DNA of 64,000 nt from a virus. The translations under genes and the position numbers were made by a program. Of this stretch, positions 1 through 9,097 are shown piece by piece (position 1 is the stretch's first letter; every line of letters begins with the position of its first letter). The stretch lies in the IMG/VR virus record IMGVR_UViG_3300027712_001108, positions 93,924-157,923 of that record; one strand, 5' to 3'. Below the pieces are notes generated by a model, which worked only from the letters and a program-made list of their open reading frames with translations, was not told where the DNA came from and did not search any database.

Positions 1-1
1 T

Positions 2-742
2 GGCATTAATCCCGACAATGTGCAAATACCTGTCAACATTTACAAAGACAAGACCCGTGCAGAAGTTCGTGAAAATTTTATCAGCTCTAACAGCGACGGC
101 AAATTGCAACTGGATGCATTTGATATCTACGAGCAAAAAATCTGCGGCGTTCGTGTAGACGGTAGCAAAAACCCGGACTGGCTGCAAACAGAACTCAAAC
201 AACGTCATATTGAAAACAATGGCATGTTTGTAACAGCTAAAAAGTTTGGCGATGCCGACGAACCGGGTGCAATTAGTCGTTTACACGAAATTAATAAAAT
301 GCAAGCTGTTGCGGTAAAGAACTGCTGCGAGTATCTTAAGATAGTAGGATGCAACAACCGTGCAGTAGAAGAAAAAGAAATGGTGATGATGGGTCAGTTT
401 TTTGATCGTTGTTATCATGCAGAACAAAACTACAAAACCAATAAGAAAGACCAATTACCAAATGTAGTTGTAACGCCATCTTTTATAAAAGATCTTGCAA
501 CTACTACTACAAAATTATGGAATGCAGATTTTAAACCAGACAGTAAGTTTTGGAAAAAAGGTGCAGTTGCATATGTTAATTGGCATACATCTGTAGACAT
601 TAAAACCAAAGCCAAGTTTATGCCTGAACCTGTACACGGTATGCCATTTATGTTAGCATGTCTAGATAAACATTTTTCATATGCTATTCCACTTAATAGC
701 AGCACATCAGAGTTTACCCCCGCAGAAAAGGATCTATTCTAA
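2..742 (+). CDS. hypothetical protein, 5'-truncated by window edge
   Basis: Frame is open from position 2; stop TAA overlaps the next ATG (TAATG). No recognised motif. Confidence 0.6.
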   Translation, partial: GINPDNVQIPVNIYKDKTRAEVRENFISSNSDGKLQLDAFDIYEQKICGVRVDGSKNPDWLQTELKQRHIENNGMFVTAKKFGDADEPGAISRLHEINKMQAVAVKNCCEYLKIVGCNNRAVEEKEMVMMGQFFDRCYHAEQNYKTNKKDQLPNVVVTPSFIKDLATTTTKLWNADFKPDSKFWKKGAVAYVNWHTSVDIKTKAKFMPEPVHGMPFMLACLDKHFSYAIPLNSSTSEFTPAEKDLF

Positions 743-1224
743 TGCTGTATGCAGAATATGACATTGTAAAATCCTCAGCAGTATTACGCACAGAAGTTGG
801 TAATGTTTGTACTGTACCAGGGTGTAAAGAGCATATTACCCAAATGCGAGGTCCAGGCAGTAGCGTGCTGTGCAGAAATCATCAACTCTATATGAGAGAG
901 TACGGCGGTATGGGACGTATAGATAGACCGTGGACGTTTCATCGTAAACGATTTTGTATCGAATGTGGATTTAATCCATACGAAGATACCAAAAATAAGT
1001 ATTTTTATTTAAAAGATATAAATCCAGATCTCTGGCACAGGTTATGCAGAGGTAAACTAGTTGGTGATCATATAATCAGACCATCAGAGGGCGGCACAGA
1101 TGAAGAGGATAATATACAAACATTGTGCAGACTTTGCGATAGTGATAAGACTACTATTAACGAAGACTGGCGTAAAGGCGACAAACGGCGACTAGACGAA
1201 GATAATAATGTAATAGACGATTGA
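742..1224 (+). CDS. HNH endonuclease
   Basis: CxxC ... DHI...GG.D..DNIQTLCRLCDSDKT HNH/zinc motif. Confidence 0.8.
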   Translation: MLYAEYDIVKSSAVLRTEVGNVCTVPGCKEHITQMRGPGSSVLCRNHQLYMREYGGMGRIDRPWTFHRKRFCIECGFNPYEDTKNKYFYLKDINPDLWHRLCRGKLVGDHIIRPSEGGTDEEDNIQTLCRLCDSDKTTINEDWRKGDKRRLDEDNNVIDD

Positions 1225-1303
1225 GTAAAATGTCTATATGACTACTTTTACTATTGATGTATATAGATACATCTTATATAATTAACACATACGGAGAAAT
1301 ATC

Positions 1304-1513
1304 ATGGCTAAAAAATCTATCACTAAAATCAGTGACAAGCTGGTCAAAGTAAACGAAAATTTCACTGTTAACATCTACGACAACGGTTTTATGATCGAAG
1401 TTGGTGGGCGTGACAGAGAAGACAACTGGACCGCGGTAAAACTTATGGTTAACAATATAGAAGAACTTGTTACACTTATCCGTGAAACAGTCGAAATGGA
1501 AATTAGTAACTAA
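1304..1513 (+). CDS. small hypothetical phage protein
   Basis: GGAG SD upstream; 69 aa. Confidence 0.7.
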   Translation: MAKKSITKISDKLVKVNENFTVNIYDNGFMIEVGGRDREDNWTAVKLMVNNIEELVTLIRETVEMEISN

Positions 1514-1521
1514 CACACACA

Positions 1522-1611
1522 GGAGGGATGGCCGAGAGGTTGATGGCTCTAGTCTTGAAAACTAGCGAGGGTGAAAGCCCTCCGTGGGTTCGAATCCCAC
1601 TCCCTCCGCCA
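1522..1611 (+). tRNA. tRNA-Ser(UGA)
   Basis: GGAGGGA/TCCCTCC acceptor stem, CTAGT-cTTGAaa-ACTAG anticodon arm, long variable arm, GTTCGAATC T-loop, encoded CCA. Confidence 0.95.
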
Positions 1612-1625
1612 ATAATAATGCCAGC

Positions 1626-2762
1626 ATGACAAAGTTTTGTATACACAGCAATGCTGGCATCAGTTTAGTATCTGCAACTGGTAAATTGATGCCGTGCTGT
1701 AAGTATAATGCAGATGACAATATCAGCAGCATTTACAACGTAACTACATTAAACGGGTTACATGACACGCCGCAATATAAGCAGATGCAAGCACAGCTAA
1801 ATGCTGGCATTTTTCCCACAGGTTGCAACTATTGCAAGACTACAGAAACTGCTGGTAGACAAAGTCGCAGACAACATACAAATCAAATGTATGACGATTT
1901 GAATATGTACGTACCAGGCCATGTGCAAGACATGGAAATTGCACTGGACTATACTTGTAACATGATGTGCAGAATGTGCAATCCAGGTGCTAGCAGCAAA
2001 TGGAATATTGCACAATCTGTAATAAAGCAATTTGCAGAGCAGAAGATTGAATTAGATGGCAATAACAAATACCGTTCATACCAAGATCAACTGCGCAGCG
2101 TATTAGACAATACTGATCTTAGCCATGCTAGAATAGTAAAAATAGAAGGCGGTGAACCGTTCTATGCTAAAAATTTAGAATGGTTCTTAGACAAACTAGA
2201 TAAAGAAGTACTTGATAAAAGCAAACTATACATAAACATATTCACCAATGGCAGCATATATCCATCTGTTACGGTGCTGGAAAAACTAGCAAAATTGAAC
2301 GCTGCAATCATATTCAGTATTGATGCAGTAGGTGAATTAGCTAGTACAATTCGCTGGGGTGTAGATTGGAACGTCATTGCTGACAACATAGGCAAATGGC
2401 GCAAATTTGTTGATGCAAATCCACAAATGTCATTGCAAACCAACATAACAGTAAGCTTGCTTAATGTTAATAGACTGTCACCACTGCTGGCATTTTGTAA
2501 AAAATTGAATATAGATATAAACTTCAGCGAGTTAACATTCCCACATTACCTTAGTATCTATCAGCTACCCAAATCTGTTAGACAGCGTTGGACATACGAT
2601 GACGAAACGCTAACTGGTATGATAATGGCAGATGTTGCGATTGAACCGGAATTTGCCAAGTTCATAGCCAGTGTAAATATACTAGATGCATATCAAGGCT
2701 ACAGTTTCGAAACTGTTAACAATGAGATGTATCAACTAATACAATCTCTATCCCCATGTTAA
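1626..2762 (+). CDS. radical SAM protein with N-terminal SPASM/twitch-like Cys domain
   Basis: CNMMCRMC (CxxxCxxC), GGEP, TNG motifs; N-terminal C..PCC..CxxC. Start moved to ATG 1626 because the track start lies inside the tRNA. Confidence 0.85.
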   Translation: MTKFCIHSNAGISLVSATGKLMPCCKYNADDNISSIYNVTTLNGLHDTPQYKQMQAQLNAGIFPTGCNYCKTTETAGRQSRRQHTNQMYDDLNMYVPGHVQDMEIALDYTCNMMCRMCNPGASSKWNIAQSVIKQFAEQKIELDGNNKYRSYQDQLRSVLDNTDLSHARIVKIEGGEPFYAKNLEWFLDKLDKEVLDKSKLYINIFTNGSIYPSVTVLEKLAKLNAAIIFSIDAVGELASTIRWGVDWNVIADNIGKWRKFVDANPQMSLQTNITVSLLNVNRLSPLLAFCKKLNIDINFSELTFPHYLSIYQLPKSVRQRWTYDDETLTGMIMADVAIEPEFAKFIASVNILDAYQGYSFETVNNEMYQLIQSLSPC

Positions 2763-3008
2763 CACATAGAGGGTCTTATCAACAAAGGTCGGATGTAACA
2801 ACAAGGTTCAATACAATAAATGACCCGTCTACCGAGATAAGCGTATGCTGAAGTACGTCAGCGTTCAGTAGGCTACATGATGTGAAGGTGGCAGTGTTGC
2901 TGGTAATGCTAAAGAGTTGATAACTCAAACCAGCGTTAAAAATGAAGATTTATTGGCATTTTTCCTTAGACAAATTCAAAAACAGACTATATATTAACAG
3001 TAAGATAT

Positions 3009-3083
3009 GCGGGTGTAGCTCAGGGGTAGAGCGTCTGGTTGCCAACCACAAGGTCGTGAGTTCGAATCTCATCACCCGCTCCA
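3009..3083 (+). tRNA. tRNA-Gly(GCC)
   Basis: GCGGGTG/CACCCGC acceptor, ttGCCaa loop, TTCGAAT T-loop, CCA; one C-C mismatch in the anticodon stem. Confidence 0.9.
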
Positions 3084-3260
3084 AAATTTAACTATATCTA
3101 TAACGGGCGTGTGGTCCAAGCACCATGTTGGGTATGTGATCAACAAACGAACAGTACAAGTTCAACCGTCGCATGTTGTAGAAAAGATTCGTGCTGCAAG
3201 TCGTTGACAACAGCTGGTATAATAGATTGTAGTGTGTATGCCGACTTTGATAAATAAAGT

Positions 3261-3887
3261 ATGGAAAACACAATTATACCAATAGATCGATACTGCGACA
3301 GTGGATGCGGCCATTTAGCACAATTTTTTAGTACTAACACTGGTCGATACAGGTGTACAAAGAGTGCAAGTAGCTGCCCTGCTAATAAAGCAAAAAATAG
3401 TAGTGCATTAAAACAAGCACATAAAGACGGTAAATTACCTAAATTTACCGACGACATGCGACTTAAAAGCCAAATAAGTTTTCGTCGAAATTTGGTAAAA
3501 GAACATGCATTTGAAGATCTCGGTCATACATTGCGCAAAAAAATTGTAATAGAAGATCAGGAATATAAATGTGCGCATTGCGAATTAGAAGAATGGATGG
3601 GATTACGTATAACATTAGAGCTTGACCATATAGACGGTAATCGATCTAATAATGTTAGAAATAATTTACGATGTTTATGTCCGAACTGCCATAGTATCAC
3701 CGATACATGGAAAATGGGACAACATAAAGGAAAGAAATCTAGAAAATGCAGCGATGATGAAATAATTGCAGCATTTAATAAAACCGGCAGTATAAATGCG
3801 GCCCTTAAAGCATTAAATATGAATTGGGGGTCAGTTAGTACTGTTAAAAAAGTGTTGTTTAAATATGGAATCATAAACGAAATTTAG
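3261..3887 (+). CDS. free-standing HNH homing endonuclease in tRNA cluster
   Basis: CAHC...LELDHIDGNRSNN..NNLRCLCPNCHS; late-type ATAAATA at 3250-3256; stop codon overlaps first base of tRNA-Leu. Confidence 0.85.
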   Translation: MENTIIPIDRYCDSGCGHLAQFFSTNTGRYRCTKSASSCPANKAKNSSALKQAHKDGKLPKFTDDMRLKSQISFRRNLVKEHAFEDLGHTLRKKIVIEDQEYKCAHCELEEWMGLRITLELDHIDGNRSNNVRNNLRCLCPNCHSITDTWKMGQHKGKKSRKCSDDEIIAAFNKTGSINAALKALNMNWGSVSTVKKVLFKYGIINEI

Positions 3888-3970
3888 CCTCTGTGGTGAA
3901 ACGGTAGACACACTGCGCTTAGGACGCAGCGCCGCAAGGTGTGGGGGTTCAAATCCCTCCAGAGGCACCA
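3887..3970 (+). tRNA. tRNA-Leu(UAG)
   Basis: GCCTCTG/CAGAGGC acceptor, CTGCG-ctTAGga-CGCAG, variable arm, CCA. Confidence 0.93.
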
Positions 3971-3987
3971 ATTTTAAAGGAAACAGT

Positions 3988-4227
3988 ATGAAGTGGCGAG
4001 ATTTAAAAGACGACCCACCAACTGGCAATGAATATGCTGTTTTACTTTTTCCTTGTAAAGCAGATTGCGGTGTACTTTACACAGTAAGTAATCCGCATTA
4101 TGCTAAAGGCCAGTATGCACTAGATGCCGGTTATACACACTGGTTTGAATTCGAACTAGCACCTGATCATAAAAAATGGCAGCAATGGCAAGACGAATTG
4201 TTGCCGATGGGATTGACTACACAGTAA
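3988..4227 (+). CDS. hypothetical protein
   Basis: AAGGA SD; 79 aa. Confidence 0.6.
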   Translation: MKWRDLKDDPPTGNEYAVLLFPCKADCGVLYTVSNPHYAKGQYALDAGYTHWFEFELAPDHKKWQQWQDELLPMGLTTQ

Positions 4228-4250
4228 TACTGTACTATAAATAAAAATAT

Positions 4251-4333
4251 GCGGGCGTGGTGTAACGGTAGCCACAGGAGACTTAAAATCTCCCGCCTAG
4301 TGCGTGTCGGTTCGATTCCGACCGCCCGCACCA
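4251..4333 (+). tRNA. tRNA-Leu(UAA)
   Basis: GCGGGCG/CGCCCGC acceptor, GGAGA-ctTAAaa-TCTCC, CCA; TATAAATA at 4236-4243. Confidence 0.93.
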
Positions 4334-4340
4334 AAATTCA

Positions 4341-4370
4341 AAAAGGCGCAACGCAAGTTGCGTCTTTTTT
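4341..4370 (+). terminator. intrinsic terminator
   Basis: AAAAGGCGCAAC-GCAA-GTTGCGTCTTTTTT hairpin plus U-tract. Confidence 0.8.
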
Positions 4371-4431
4371 GTCTATTGCATTTAAATAGTTGCGGCAATA
4401 TAGTTTAATTCTAGAATGGAATTTAAATGAA

Positions 4432-4674
4432 ATGACTCCTCAAGAAATCTCAGACTACAAACTAAAATGGCGTGCCAATGGTGTTGCTGTACCGTTACAC
4501 AGCGATCTCGATGTAGCTGGTAAAGACTGGTGCAGACGTCGTCTAGAACGTCATCAGTGGGCATTCAATCCACACACAGCAGTATATGCACACACGTTTT
4601 TGTTTGAAGATGCTGCAAATGCAGAAGCATTCGTCGAACATTTCAAGCTTGACAACCACATGGTCCAGTCTTAG
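4432..4674 (+). CDS. hypothetical phage protein
   Basis: ORF MTPQEISDYKLKW...; start refined to ATG 4432. Confidence 0.6.
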   Translation: MTPQEISDYKLKWRANGVAVPLHSDLDVAGKDWCRRRLERHQWAFNPHTAVYAHTFLFEDAANAEAFVEHFKLDNHMVQS

Positions 4675-4737
4675 ACAAAATAATATCTTGCATGTTCTAT
4701 CCTATGTAGGATAAAATATACGATAAGGAGATATTAT

Positions 4738-5355
4738 ATGTTTACAAACTTGTTTAAAGATCTGGACCGTAATTTACTTGTTAAATTAGTCATAATCCAG
4801 TCACTATTAATCACCATTAGCAACTATCTAGTACACTATAAGTTTGCCATTGCTGGTTTCCCACTGGCCTATAGCATCTGGTGCACGCCACTGTTCATGG
4901 TTATAACTGATCTCATCACACGCTTGAGTGGCAAGCCACTGGCACGCGGTGTGTTGGTAGCAGCACTGATCCCAGGTATGATAGGCACTGCGCTTGGTGC
5001 TTGGATATACGGCAGCGACTTACTAGGTGGCACACGACTCACAGTAGCCAGCGGCGTTTGCTACTTGTTGCCAATGTTGCTAGATGTCAGTATCTTTGCT
5101 TGGTTGCGCACACGCATCAAAGCTTGGTATGTAGCACCTGCTGTTAGCGGTATCATTACCACTATCATTATGACTTACTTGTTCTGGTTTGCTGCGTTTG
5201 CAGGAGATGGTGGACAGTTTAGCGATACTTGGCACATCATGGCTACCAACCAGATACTAGTCAAGTGTGTGCTTAATATACTGATACTGTTGCCGGCATA
5301 CAAGCTGCTGTTGGATTGGTTGCAAGGCGGTCTAGAGGACTCGCGAACAGCATGA
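4738..5355 (+). CDS. yhhQ: YhhQ/VUT-family 7-deazaguanine (preQ0/preQ1) transporter
   Basis: Multi-TM protein; 'ISNYLV...TDLITRLSGKPLAR' resembles the E. coli YhhQ SNYLV/TDLTVR.FG..LARR pattern. Confidence 0.75.
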   Translation: MFTNLFKDLDRNLLVKLVIIQSLLITISNYLVHYKFAIAGFPLAYSIWCTPLFMVITDLITRLSGKPLARGVLVAALIPGMIGTALGAWIYGSDLLGGTRLTVASGVCYLLPMLLDVSIFAWLRTRIKAWYVAPAVSGIITTIIMTYLFWFAAFAGDGGQFSDTWHIMATNQILVKCVLNILILLPAYKLLLDWLQGGLEDSRTA

Positions 5356-6137
5356 GTGAAACTCCCTGGCGAAACTATAGCACTTACTGGGATCATCTGC
5401 CTCCACCAATGAGGCCCACTCCCAGTATAATAGATGTGATGACGAGCAATAGCACACCGGGGCATGTGCTGTTGTTGGGAGTTACACCTGAGATACATGC
5501 TGCGTTTGATCACGTCACTGCGATAGATCGAGATTCCAGCATGATTGCTAATGTTTGGCCAGGGAACACCGATAACAAACAAGTACAGCAGGGTTCATGG
5601 ACAGAAATGGATTGGCCTGAGGCCACATTCGATACCATAATAGGTGACTGCGCTATACCCTTGCTTACAGATGTTGACAGCATTGCCGCATTTCAAACTC
5701 GTTGCCTCCATTGGCTTAAACCCGGCGGTAGCTTTGTGCATAGATTGATGCAGCGACCAGAAACGGCTGTGACCAGACATGATATTGCCCGTGAATTGTC
5801 TGGTCCGGCTACAATAAACTTCCATGCCATGCGGTGGCGCATGCAGCAGTGTATAGCTGCTGACAACAACGGTGTGGCACCTGCTATGAAAGTACGCGAA
5901 TTGTTTGAATCGCTAGTACCAGATAGAGATGCGCTATGTGACATCACTGGTTGGAAACGAATAGATGTAGACAGCATTGACCTTTATAAGGGCAATACCA
6001 ACCGTATATTCTTTGGTAGCCAACAACAGTGGCGCAATACAATCCCTGCTAACGCAGTGGACATACGCTGGACATATGTGTTTGATCATGATATCAGCGA
6101 AGATTTTCCTGTAATGCGTTGGAGAAAACCACTATGA
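5352..6137 (+). CDS. class I SAM-dependent methyltransferase-like protein
   Basis: VLLLGVTPE motif-I-like, FDTIIGD, LKPGG; ATGA-coupled to neighbours. Confidence 0.6.
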   Translation: MSETPWRNYSTYWDHLPPPMRPTPSIIDVMTSNSTPGHVLLLGVTPEIHAAFDHVTAIDRDSSMIANVWPGNTDNKQVQQGSWTEMDWPEATFDTIIGDCAIPLLTDVDSIAAFQTRCLHWLKPGGSFVHRLMQRPETAVTRHDIARELSGPATINFHAMRWRMQQCIAADNNGVAPAMKVRELFESLVPDRDALCDITGWKRIDVDSIDLYKGNTNRIFFGSQQQWRNTIPANAVDIRWTYVFDHDISEDFPVMRWRKPL

Positions 6138-7471
6138 ATTTAGAAGGTATTGTATGGCCGCGTATGTACCAAGGCCCTAACTTGGTACTAATGGCTATGC
6201 TGGCAGAGCTTGATCGTACCATGTGGTTAGATCCTGATGTGATAGAAGCCGAACAGTTTGGTCAGCTTCGTTTGATAATAGCGCATCACATGGCGCATAG
6301 CCCGCAGTTTGCCGCACGTATGTGTGCTGCGGGGTTAACAGCAACAGAAATTACAGATCCTGTCAGTTTTAGAAAACTACCTACTCTGACGCGATTGGAC
6401 ATACAACAAGCAGGCGACAGTTTCTACAGCAGATATATTCCTAAAAGTCACGGACAACCGGGCGAAACTCGCACCAGTGGTAGCACAGGCGAACCTGTAA
6501 GAATACGCAAGACACAGATTGATGCACTGTACTGGACTGCACATGCAATTAGAGATCACTTGTGGGCTCGTAGAGATTTTCGTCACAAGCTGTTAAGCAT
6601 ACGTGCTGACATCTTCAAGTACGGCGAGAACCCCAATTGGGGACAGCCTATGTCTGATATATGGCAAACAGGACTTAGCATAGGCATGCCTGCCACATTC
6701 GATATGCGTGAGCAATTAAAAATCATCAAAGAATTCCAGCCTGGTATACTATTGATCTATCCCAACAATCTCAGTATTATACTGGACGAAATGGAACTTG
6801 ATGGTGGTGACTTCAGCTACATCAAACATGTCAAAACCATAGGTGAAACTGTACATCAATGGCAGCGAGATAAGACACAGCGTGTTTTGGGATTAAAGAT
6901 AGAAGACAACTACAGCAGCAATGAAATGGGCTGTATGGCTATACAGTGTCCTACAACTGACAACTATCATGTGATGACTGAAACTGTTATAGTAGAAATA
7001 CTGAATGATGACAACCAACCCTGCGCACCGGGTGAAGTTGGACGTTTGGTAGTTACAGATCTGCATAATCATGCTAGCCCACTAATACGTTATGATATCG
7101 GCGACTGGGCAGAAGCAGGCGAACGCTGTAGCTGCGGACGTGGATTGCCAACTATTAGACGCTTTATAGGTCGTGAACACAGCATATTGACTCGACCGGA
7201 TGGTACACGTATATGGCCTATATTCTATGGTGCCAAAATGAATGACATAGCACCGGTACGTCAATATCAGTTCCGTCAAAAGACTCTCACCGGCATGGAG
7301 TTCCGTTGCTTTACAGAAGAGCCACTAACTGAAGCACAGCGTTCAGGATTGATAGCATTGGTGCAGGATGCACTGGGCTATCCATATGAAATGGATCTTG
7401 TTGAATACAGACAACCTTTGCCAACTACTGGCAGAGGCAAGTTCCAAGAATTTATACGTGAAATTCCCTAA
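6134..7471 (+). CDS. phenylacetate-CoA ligase (PaaK/CapK)-like adenylate-forming enzyme
   Basis: TSGSTGEP P-loop, YSSNEMG, PLIRYDIGD, CSCGRGLP...GR. Confidence 0.85.
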   Translation: MNLEGIVWPRMYQGPNLVLMAMLAELDRTMWLDPDVIEAEQFGQLRLIIAHHMAHSPQFAARMCAAGLTATEITDPVSFRKLPTLTRLDIQQAGDSFYSRYIPKSHGQPGETRTSGSTGEPVRIRKTQIDALYWTAHAIRDHLWARRDFRHKLLSIRADIFKYGENPNWGQPMSDIWQTGLSIGMPATFDMREQLKIIKEFQPGILLIYPNNLSIILDEMELDGGDFSYIKHVKTIGETVHQWQRDKTQRVLGLKIEDNYSSNEMGCMAIQCPTTDNYHVMTETVIVEILNDDNQPCAPGEVGRLVVTDLHNHASPLIRYDIGDWAEAGERCSCGRGLPTIRRFIGREHSILTRPDGTRIWPIFYGAKMNDIAPVRQYQFRQKTLTGMEFRCFTEEPLTEAQRSGLIALVQDALGYPYEMDLVEYRQPLPTTGRGKFQEFIREIP

Positions 7472-7487
7472 TATAGGCATTAACTCC

Positions 7488-7841
7488 ATGAGCGAACTAA
7501 AACAGATGATTGTCATGCGCAAGGATCTAAACATGCGCAAAGGCAAGATGGTGGCACAGGGTGCGCATGCCAGCATGAAAGCACTGCTGGAAAACATGGA
7601 GCACCCTAGCATCAAGCAATGGTTAAGCGGCCCGTTTGCCAAAATTGCTGTAACTGTGGACAGCGAAGAAGAACTGTTTGCAGTGATGAATAACGCCAAA
7701 GCAGCAGGATTGATTACCACCCTGATTACAGATGCAGGACGCACTGAGTTTAACGGTGTGGCAACCAATACCTGCATTGCAGTAGGACCTGCATCCAATG
7801 AAGACCTTGCACCTATCACCGGACATCTAAAACTGCTGTGA
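7488..7841 (+). CDS. pth2: peptidyl-tRNA hydrolase, Pth2 family
   Basis: KQMIVMRKDLNMRKGKMVAQGAHA, DAGRTEF, GP, ITGHLKLL. Confidence 0.92.
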   Translation: MSELKQMIVMRKDLNMRKGKMVAQGAHASMKALLENMEHPSIKQWLSGPFAKIAVTVDSEEELFAVMNNAKAAGLITTLITDAGRTEFNGVATNTCIAVGPASNEDLAPITGHLKLL

Positions 7842-7884
7842 ATTAACGGTTGCATTTTCTACAATTGTATGTTACAGTGACTAT

Positions 7885-8085
7885 GCGAAAAAAGGTTTGT
7901 AGTAGCGGTTGGTAATCCTGAAACCCTGAGACAAGTGAGGTGAGAACGCCCGTCTCACACACCAGCAATGGTAAAGTAGCGCAAGCGAAGAGATGCAGGA
8001 ATCCTGTCTGTATGGCAGGTTGAAAACTGGGAACCTGCCACTTGTCAATACCCATTAAGATCGGCAGTAGGCCAACCACATTAAC
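7885..8085 (+). ncRNA. candidate structured ncRNA (unassigned family)
   Basis: Nested stems GGTTGG/CCAACC, GACAAGT/ACTTGTC, GTGAGA/TCTCAC, ACCA-GCAA-TGGT, GGCAGGTT/AACCTGCC; promoter-like TTGCAT...TGTTACAGT upstream. Confidence 0.55.
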
Positions 8086-8100
8086 CACAAGGCACGCAAA

Positions 8101-8658
8101 ATGAATAGATATAAAGAATCCTTCAACGTAGGCGATATTGTAATTGCTGTAAATGGCAAAAGACCCTACCGTGTTACCAGCATATGGGGCAATCGTGTAG
8201 AAGGTCGTTATCTACACAGCGAGAATCCTGCAAGGTTTACACAAGGCCAGGTAAAACACTACGATGAAAACGAAAAATCTCAAAAAGACAAGGGGAAAGA
8301 AATGAGTCAATCCATTTACCAAGTAACGCTAGAAGATGGTACTACTACATTCGGTACCAAAGCCGGTGCAACTGCACAAGGCAAAATCCTTATTGAAGAA
8401 AAAGGCACTGGCAAAATTATTATTGTAGACGAGGCTATGCTCGAAGAACAACTGCCTTACACGTTTGCAGTTCGTACTCAAGGCAACACTCAACACTACA
8501 TCGGCAAGCCAGGCGCTGTTGAAAAAGGCGACATCGTTATCGTAATGGATGGCGGCGTTGACAAGTTTACAGTGGGTATGGTGTCTGCTGTTGACACTAA
8601 GAACAAAACTGCTACAAAGCCGTTCAATGGCCGCAAGCTGATTACTGAAGCTATCTAA
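8101..8658 (+). CDS. hypothetical protein (possible internal start at 8302)
   Basis: ORF with phage-like codon use; second ATG preceded by AGGGG. Confidence 0.65.
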   Translation: MNRYKESFNVGDIVIAVNGKRPYRVTSIWGNRVEGRYLHSENPARFTQGQVKHYDENEKSQKDKGKEMSQSIYQVTLEDGTTTFGTKAGATAQGKILIEEKGTGKIIIVDEAMLEEQLPYTFAVRTQGNTQHYIGKPGAVEKGDIVIVMDGGVDKFTVGMVSAVDTKNKTATKPFNGRKLITEAI

Positions 8659-8676
8659 CACAACAAGGATCAAACT

Positions 8677-8937
8677 ATGAACAGCGAACAAGAACACAAA
8701 GTTGTCTTTGCACCCGGCTGCTTTGATGATTTTGAAGGTACACAAGAAGAACTCGATGCATTTATGGCAGAGATTTTAGAAATGCTAAAATCTGAAGACA
8801 TTCGAGAACATGCATCAACGGATGGCAATATCATTGCAATCCCACATGTGTATGACAACGAAGATGAGGACGATGTGGCAGCAGTAGAAGCATACACTGC
8901 ACAGCTAAATGCAGCAAGAAAGCGTATGCTCAACTAA
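8677..8937 (+). CDS. acidic hypothetical protein
   Basis: AAGGA SD; VVFAPGCFDDFEGTQEELD. Confidence 0.7.
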   Translation: MNSEQEHKVVFAPGCFDDFEGTQEELDAFMAEILEMLKSEDIREHASTDGNIIAIPHVYDNEDEDDVAAVEAYTAQLNAARKRMLN

Positions 8938-8945
8938 ATAGTTTC

Positions 8946-9092
8946 ATGAGATTACATGAAATTGCAAAAAAGCCGCAGACTATAAAATCTGCAACCACAA
9001 AAAGTGGCATGATCAACCGCAAAAAAGCCAATGCTGCGGTTGATCCTCACGGCTATTTTAAATCAACCAGCGCATACAAGAACGTGCGCTAA
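8946..9092 (+). CDS. small basic protein (48 aa) with capsid-targeting-like N-terminus MRLHEI
   Basis: Hand-translated, below the track cut-off; CTAAATA late promoter at 8934-8940. Confidence 0.5.
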   Translation: MRLHEIAKKPQTIKSATTKSGMINRKKANAAVDPHGYFKSTSAYKNVR

Positions 9093-9097
9093 CGCAA

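Noticed and set aside
1584-1625. Track start of the radical SAM ORF
   Set aside because: Lies inside tRNA-Ser; ATG 1626 is more plausible.
3100-3200. GGGCGTGTGGTCCAAG, resembling a tRNA 5' end
   Set aside because: No matching acceptor 3' strand, T-loop or CCA; at most a remnant.
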